Source: Octopus vulgaris (lineage: Eukaryota). Taken from it: a stretch of 64,000 bases of DNA. The notes beneath the pieces were generated by a model, which saw nothing but the letters and a program-made list of their open reading frames with translations, was not told where the DNA came from and ran no database searches. The stretch's first letter is position 1. Every line of letters starts with the position of its first letter. This document shows positions 59,235 to 64,000 of this stretch, in pieces. The translations under genes and the position numbers were made by a program. The stretch lies in assembly GCA_951406725.2 (NCBI GenBank), contig OX597815.1, forward strand, positions 193,068,001 to 193,132,000, in the 5' to 3' direction.

Positions 59235-59276
59235 GGTTCGGCAAGTCAGGGAGAAGTTGCACTCGTACAATAAAGT

Positions 59277-59361
59277 GATCTTAGCAATCGGTTTCCCGCA
59301 AGTAATACAATGGAGTGTTAGGTAACAATCCGATTCTATAACCTTACGTTCGTCAGAGTTA
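59277..59361 (-). ncRNA. Degenerate hammerhead-like motif next to (AT)n
   Basis: ct CTGACGA aCGTAAG...CTTGCGg GAAA ccgattgc TA ag; stems I and III are poor. Confidence 0.45.
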
Positions 59362-59595
59362 GCCGATATGGAAGGGAATATTGGCGACTGCTCTCTATTG
59401 CCGTAAGCAGTTTAACACTGCTGCTGACCGGGTTAGTTTTGTTCTTAACAATATTTTGGCCGTCCATGAAGTTTCATGTTTGTGTGTATGTGTGTGTGAA
59501 AGAGTTCACTTTGTATGTATCAATGTTTTTCGTATAGTTTTGTTTATTAATTTTTTTCTATCTCTGTCTTACATTTATCACAGGTATGTGGCATA

Positions 59596-59988
59596 TCTTT
59601 ATATATAAAAGTGAGGTTGTGTGTCTGTCTCCTACGATTTAGATTCCTGACTACTCCCACATTTTGCGGTGCAGTTTAACCAAAACCGGGTATCTTACTG
59701 TCGTGATTCATATCGAGCCCTTCTGGGTATTAGCGCGCGTCTACGATGAGTCTACGATTAAAAAAAAAAATTACCATCAATTTTTCCCATTTTAAATGCA
59801 TTTTTAGCATATATAAGGGAAGTAACTCTCTAAAAATTTATTATTAAATCTCAGAACGTAAAAAGCTACAGTAACACCCCCTCTTTGTGGTTAGCCATAT
59901 TGAGATGGTTATTATACTTTAGATCTCTAAAAATGCTTATATAGTTATTTCCCTTACAAACCCGAGCAACGCCGGGTGATACTGCTAG
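59596..59988 (+). mobile_element. Non-autonomous Helitron
   Basis: A|TCtttatatataaaag ... cccgagcaacgccggg tgatactgCTAG|T; 3' part shared with 45465-45846. Confidence 0.88.
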
Positions 59989-60039
59989 TATTTTATATAT
60001 TTATTATCTATTTATATATTTTTTAGTTCCTTTCCTTTT

Positions 60040-60402
60040 CCTTTTTTACTTGTTTCAGTCATTTGACTGCGGCCATGCTGGAGCACCGCCTTTAGTCGAG
60101 CAAATCGACACCGGAACTTGTTCTTTGTAAGCCCAGTACTTATTCTATCAGTCTCTTTTGCCGGACCGCTAAGTTACGGGGACGCAAACACACCAGCATC
60201 GGTTGTCAAGCAAAGCTAGGGGGACAAACACAGACACACAAATACATACACACACATACATATATATATGTATATACATATACACGACAGGCTTCTTTCA
60301 GTTTCCGTCTACCAAATCCACTCACAAGGCATTGATCAACCCGGGGCTATAGCAGAAGACACTTGCCCAAGATGCCATGCAGTGGGACTGAACCTGGAAC
60401 CA
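60040..60402 (-). mobile_element. SINE family 1, head truncated
   Basis: Family 1 body and tail. Confidence 0.85.
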
Positions 60403-60436
60403 TATTATTTATTTTCTTTTTATTATTTTATTTTTA

Positions 60437-61190
60437 TACATCTATCTCTATTTCTCATAAGTATTAACGGTAAGTGCATATATGTCTATTGTGAGTGTAT
60501 TACCCTCCTATATGTTTCAGTGTATTATTTACGGTTTTTACTCCTTTCCGCTCTCTCTTCTCATCCCTACTGTCTTTAGTCATGTGGTGTGGTGGTTGGT
60601 ATTACTGTTCCATTCATGTTTTCCATTGGGGTTCGCTCTGTAAGTGCAGTAAGTGGAGCGAGAACACACAGGAAAATGAAGTGTCCCTCAAAAAGGTCAT
60701 ACCAGCAAAAATTATGCACGTTACACCACTACACATATTAAACACTCTATCCCCACAGAAGCACCACAGATAATAACGCACACCCCACAACGAACGCCTC
60801 AAGATAACTCTTATCGGTCTCACAGTGTACCCACCCAAGGGACATAACTCCTAACCTAATCCCCTGGACCTCTTCATGTCACCACCTTTTCCACAGCAAC
60901 CGCGAGTCGGCTGTGTTAATCCACTTGTGTCCGGACAATGGACATTGTCCGGAAATTTTTCGTCACACATCTGTGATCTCTTCAGCAACCCTTTTTCATT
61001 ATTTTAATACATCTCTCTCTATTTCTCATAAGTATCAACGGTAAGTGCATATATGTCTATTGTGTGTGTATTACCCTGTATATTTCTGTGTATTATTTAC
61101 AGTTTTTCTTTCCTTTCCCTCTCTCTTCTCATCCCTACTGTTTTTAGTCATGTGGCGTAGTGTGGTGGTAGGTGTTACTGCCCCACTCTT
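60437..61190 (-). mobile_element. Partial tandem (~570-bp period) PLE/retrozyme-like element with hammerhead-like motif at 60909-60990
   Basis: ~170-bp direct repeats at 60437 and 61008; minus strand GGTTG CTGAAGA GaTCACA gatg TGTGAC GAAA ... TCCGGACAATG tc CATTGTCCGGA ... ca CAGCC. Confidence 0.6.
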
Positions 61191-61532
61191 GTTTTCTATC
61201 GAGGCTCGGTCTGTCTACTGTTATGTGTGTAGCGTCTGTAAACTAAGTGTCATGTCAGTTCTATGTGTCGAAAGTTCTTAAAACTCTATGCTATTCATTA
61301 GGCCTCGATGCTCTGCCCGAGCATGTTTATAAAAAAATATAAAATTATTTAAATATCCTGTTTTTTCGCTAATGTAATAGTGATGATATTAATTAATTTT
61401 TTAAAAATTATAAGCAAATGTTCACAAGAAAATTAAAGTCACCGACCAGCATATAACATTTGTTGATTAATTAAATTTATGAGGAATGAATACTTTGAAA
61501 TATCTCTTACCGAATCTTACTTCTTTTTATAG

Positions 61533-61873
61533 ATATAAGACAAACTGAAGAACCGAACGATGGTCCACCAGGATACTACGAAAACCCTGGATACTTATCT
61601 GCTTTTGAGCATCCTACGACATCTGGTCATCCCGCACAAGCTGGATGTCCACCACAACCCGGATATCTGTCACAACCTGAATATCCACCACAACCTGGAT
61701 ATACACCGCAACCTGGTTATCCACCACATCCCGGGTATCCGCCACAACCCGGATATCTCCCACCATATGCAAATCCAATAACAATGGGATATACCCCATC
61801 GCCCTATTACCCTTCAACTATACCAGTGCAACATCAACCCCTATTACAACAACAACAACAACAGACTGTTATT
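61533..61873 (+). CDS. Exon 2 of the plus-strand gene: Pro/Gly/Tyr/Gln-rich (YPPQPG)n N-terminus, likely dispanin/PRRT-like
   Basis: ttctttttatag acceptor and gtaagc donor; 341 nt, phase 1 to 0, open frame (N)IRQTEEPNDGPPGYYENPGY...YPPQPGYTPQPGYPPHPGYPPQPGYLPPY...QQQQQQTVI; synonymous variation among repeat units. Confidence 0.85.
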
Positions 61874-62132
61874 GTAAGCAACAATATTTTCTTTTTTTAA
61901 TTTTTACTGTTCTACAAACATCCTAAATAGAGATGTTTAGCAAGTTTTTATCATCAAAAGGTGACTACTAAGAAATCATCTTTAAGAGTTTTTAGTCAGT
62001 CATATTATGTGAAGCACAATAAATGTTTTCATGTGGTATTTATTTTATCAATCTTTATCGAAGGGCCGACAGGTTGTACAGAACTACAACGGTAACAGTC
62101 GCAATCGAAGGTATATCCACATGAATATATAT

Positions 62133-62360
62133 TTCTCTACTACTCACAAGGGGCTAGACACAGAGGGGACAAACAAGGACAGACAAACGGATTAAGTCGA
62201 TTACATCGACCCCAGTGCGTAACTGGTACTTAATTTATCGACCCCGAAAGGATGAAAGGTAAAGTCGACCTCGGCGGAATTTGAACTCGGAACGTAACGA
62301 CAGACGAAATACGGCTACGCATTTCGCCCGGCGTGCTAACGTTTCTGCCAGCTCACCGCC
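62133..62360 (-). mobile_element. SINE family 2
   Basis: Reverse complement of the monomer at 62581. Confidence 0.9.
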
Positions 62361-62423
62361 TTATCGACACGAATATATATACGCGCGTGCGTGTCCGCGT
62401 GTGTGCACGAATGCATGCTTATG

Positions 62424-62463
<40 letters not shown>

Positions 62464-62472
62464 CGTGTCTGC

Positions 62473-62507
<35 letters not shown>

Positions 62508-62580
62508 CGTGTCTGTGTGTGTATATGTGTATGTGTGTATGTGTGTGTGAAGCCTAGTTTCTAGTTGTTCACAGTACAAT

Positions 62581-62812
62581 GCGGCGAGCTGGCAGAAACG
62601 TTAGCACGCCGGGCGAAATGCTAAGCGGTATTTCGTCTGCCGCTATGTTCTGAGTTCAAATTCCGCCAAGGTCGACTTTGCCTTTCATCCTTTCGCAGTC
62701 GATTAAATAAGTACCAGTTACGCACTGGGGTCGATATAATCGACTTAATCCGTTTGTCTGTCCTTGTTTGTCCTCTCTGTGTTTAGCCCCTTGTGGGTAG
62801 TAAAGAAATAGG
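62581..62812 (+). mobile_element. SINE family 2
   Basis: gcggcgagctggcagaaacg...gagttcaaattc...agtaaagaaatagg. Confidence 0.9.
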
Positions 62813-63771
62813 TACAATGCAATAGGATCGATCTTGGAGACTTCTAGTTCTGGAAGGAATTTCTTAACTACAAAGTGATGAGTGCACCTGTAAAAGTAAT
62901 AGACTTAAATTAATTGAATTTACTGCTCCAATTAAATTAATACAATTAAGGGATTAAGCACATGATGAATGTGTGTGAGCTGAGAATGACAGATTGACAG
63001 AGATGGCCCAAACAGTAGACAGAAAAGTAGGATTTTATAATATGCATTTTCATGCGCTAGAGCCTAAAATCAATTAAATAATTTCAATAGAAGCAGATCA
63101 ATTAAGTCAACTATATTCCTCCCTTCTAATTTAACCTTACATCTAGTCAAAAGCAAATAAGGTTTCGTTTTTGGATTTGGTTTGCAAGATTCTGAGACAA
63201 AACTATTGAAAAAAAAAATTTAAAGAAAGGGGAAATTTTACCGGTGAGTGTGTTACATAATAAGGCACAAAAATAAAATGACTCTCCCCAAACGCAAATA
63301 ATGTTTTTAATAGCAGAATCAAGTACTCAGAATAATGGAGGCAGCTATAACAGAGTACTTAAGAAGTTTGCCATTTTGTTTGCTTTGTGGCAGAGGTTTC
63401 AGGTTCTTCATCTATTTAATGCCAAGTTCCCTTGGGAATTTGAAGCTTCCTCGACAATGTGATTATTATTATTACCATTATTATTATGTGATTAAAAGTC
63501 ACAGTTTATTTTGCTGGATATGGTGGAAAGTGTCAGCTGTCCACACACAGCAGACTAAGGTGACACTTGTTTACTGGTCATGCTTCAAAAACCCTGCGAA
63601 GAATTCTTTCAGTTCCAAGCAATGCTGATTTTTGTTGGTGTTCTACCTTCACACTTGCACCGATCTTTTTCAGCCATGTTGGTAGTTGAGTGCTGATACT
63701 TCCAAGTGTACCAATTACTATTGGTATCACGTCTACTCTCCCCATTTACCACAACCTTCGTATTTCCCGTC

Positions 63772-63842
<71 letters not shown>

Positions 63843-63866
63843 CATATACATATATATATATACATA

Positions 63867-64000
63867 TAATAATAAATATTAGGGAATAAATCCAAATTTA
63901 CAGGGAAATCAGTTTTAGGATTGAATCCAATTTTATAGTAAAATATTATATAATATTAATTAGAGACAAAACCACTATTTTGCAAATTAAACAAAGAAAG
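63867..64000 (-). mobile_element. End of the same AT-rich PLE-like family as 27305-27569 (runs off window)
   Basis: aatattagggaataaatccaaa...aggattgaatccaattttatagtaaaatatt is shared; abuts (AT)n. Confidence 0.7.

Noticed and set aside
61560-61817. His-rich ORF 61560-61781 and antisense ORF 61614-61817
   Set aside because: Wrong frames of the YPPQPG exon; splice phases and synonymous variation support the other frame
63335-63628. 97-aa ORF beginning MEAA, considered as the missing CD225 exon of the plus-strand gene
   Set aside because: No D..AI...CC.P.G pattern or suitable splice sites; the next exon probably lies beyond the window

Overview
AT-rich, microsatellite-saturated animal genomic DNA with one 100-N gap (8893-8992). 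The SINE repertoire suggests Octopus or another coleoid cephalopod (inference). Almost all ORFs in the supplied track are microsatellite or SINE noise. Two real systems are hidden under it. (1) A cluster of spliced CD225/dispanin (IFITM/PRRT-like) membrane-protein genes that the ORF track misses. One minus-strand gene has 4 coding exons (44972 to 32949; exon 2 lies in a garbled stretch). Two near-identical 5' halves sit in a ~10.5-kb segmental repeat, and a divergent plus-strand paralog candidate starts at 57997. (2) A dense and diverse set of Penelope-like (PLE) derivatives, mostly in or beside (AT)n tracts. They carry type I hammerhead-ribozyme motifs from about 8 unrelated sequence families, often as fold-back pairs. 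One 1.37-kb GIY-YIG + hammerhead insertion has its empty site preserved in a paralogous copy. The rest is R4/Dong, CR1/L2, RTE and L1/Tx1 LINE debris, Tc1/mariner remnants, two non-autonomous Helitrons and many tRNA-derived SINEs. All coordinates and folds were read by eye; no searches or folding programs were run.
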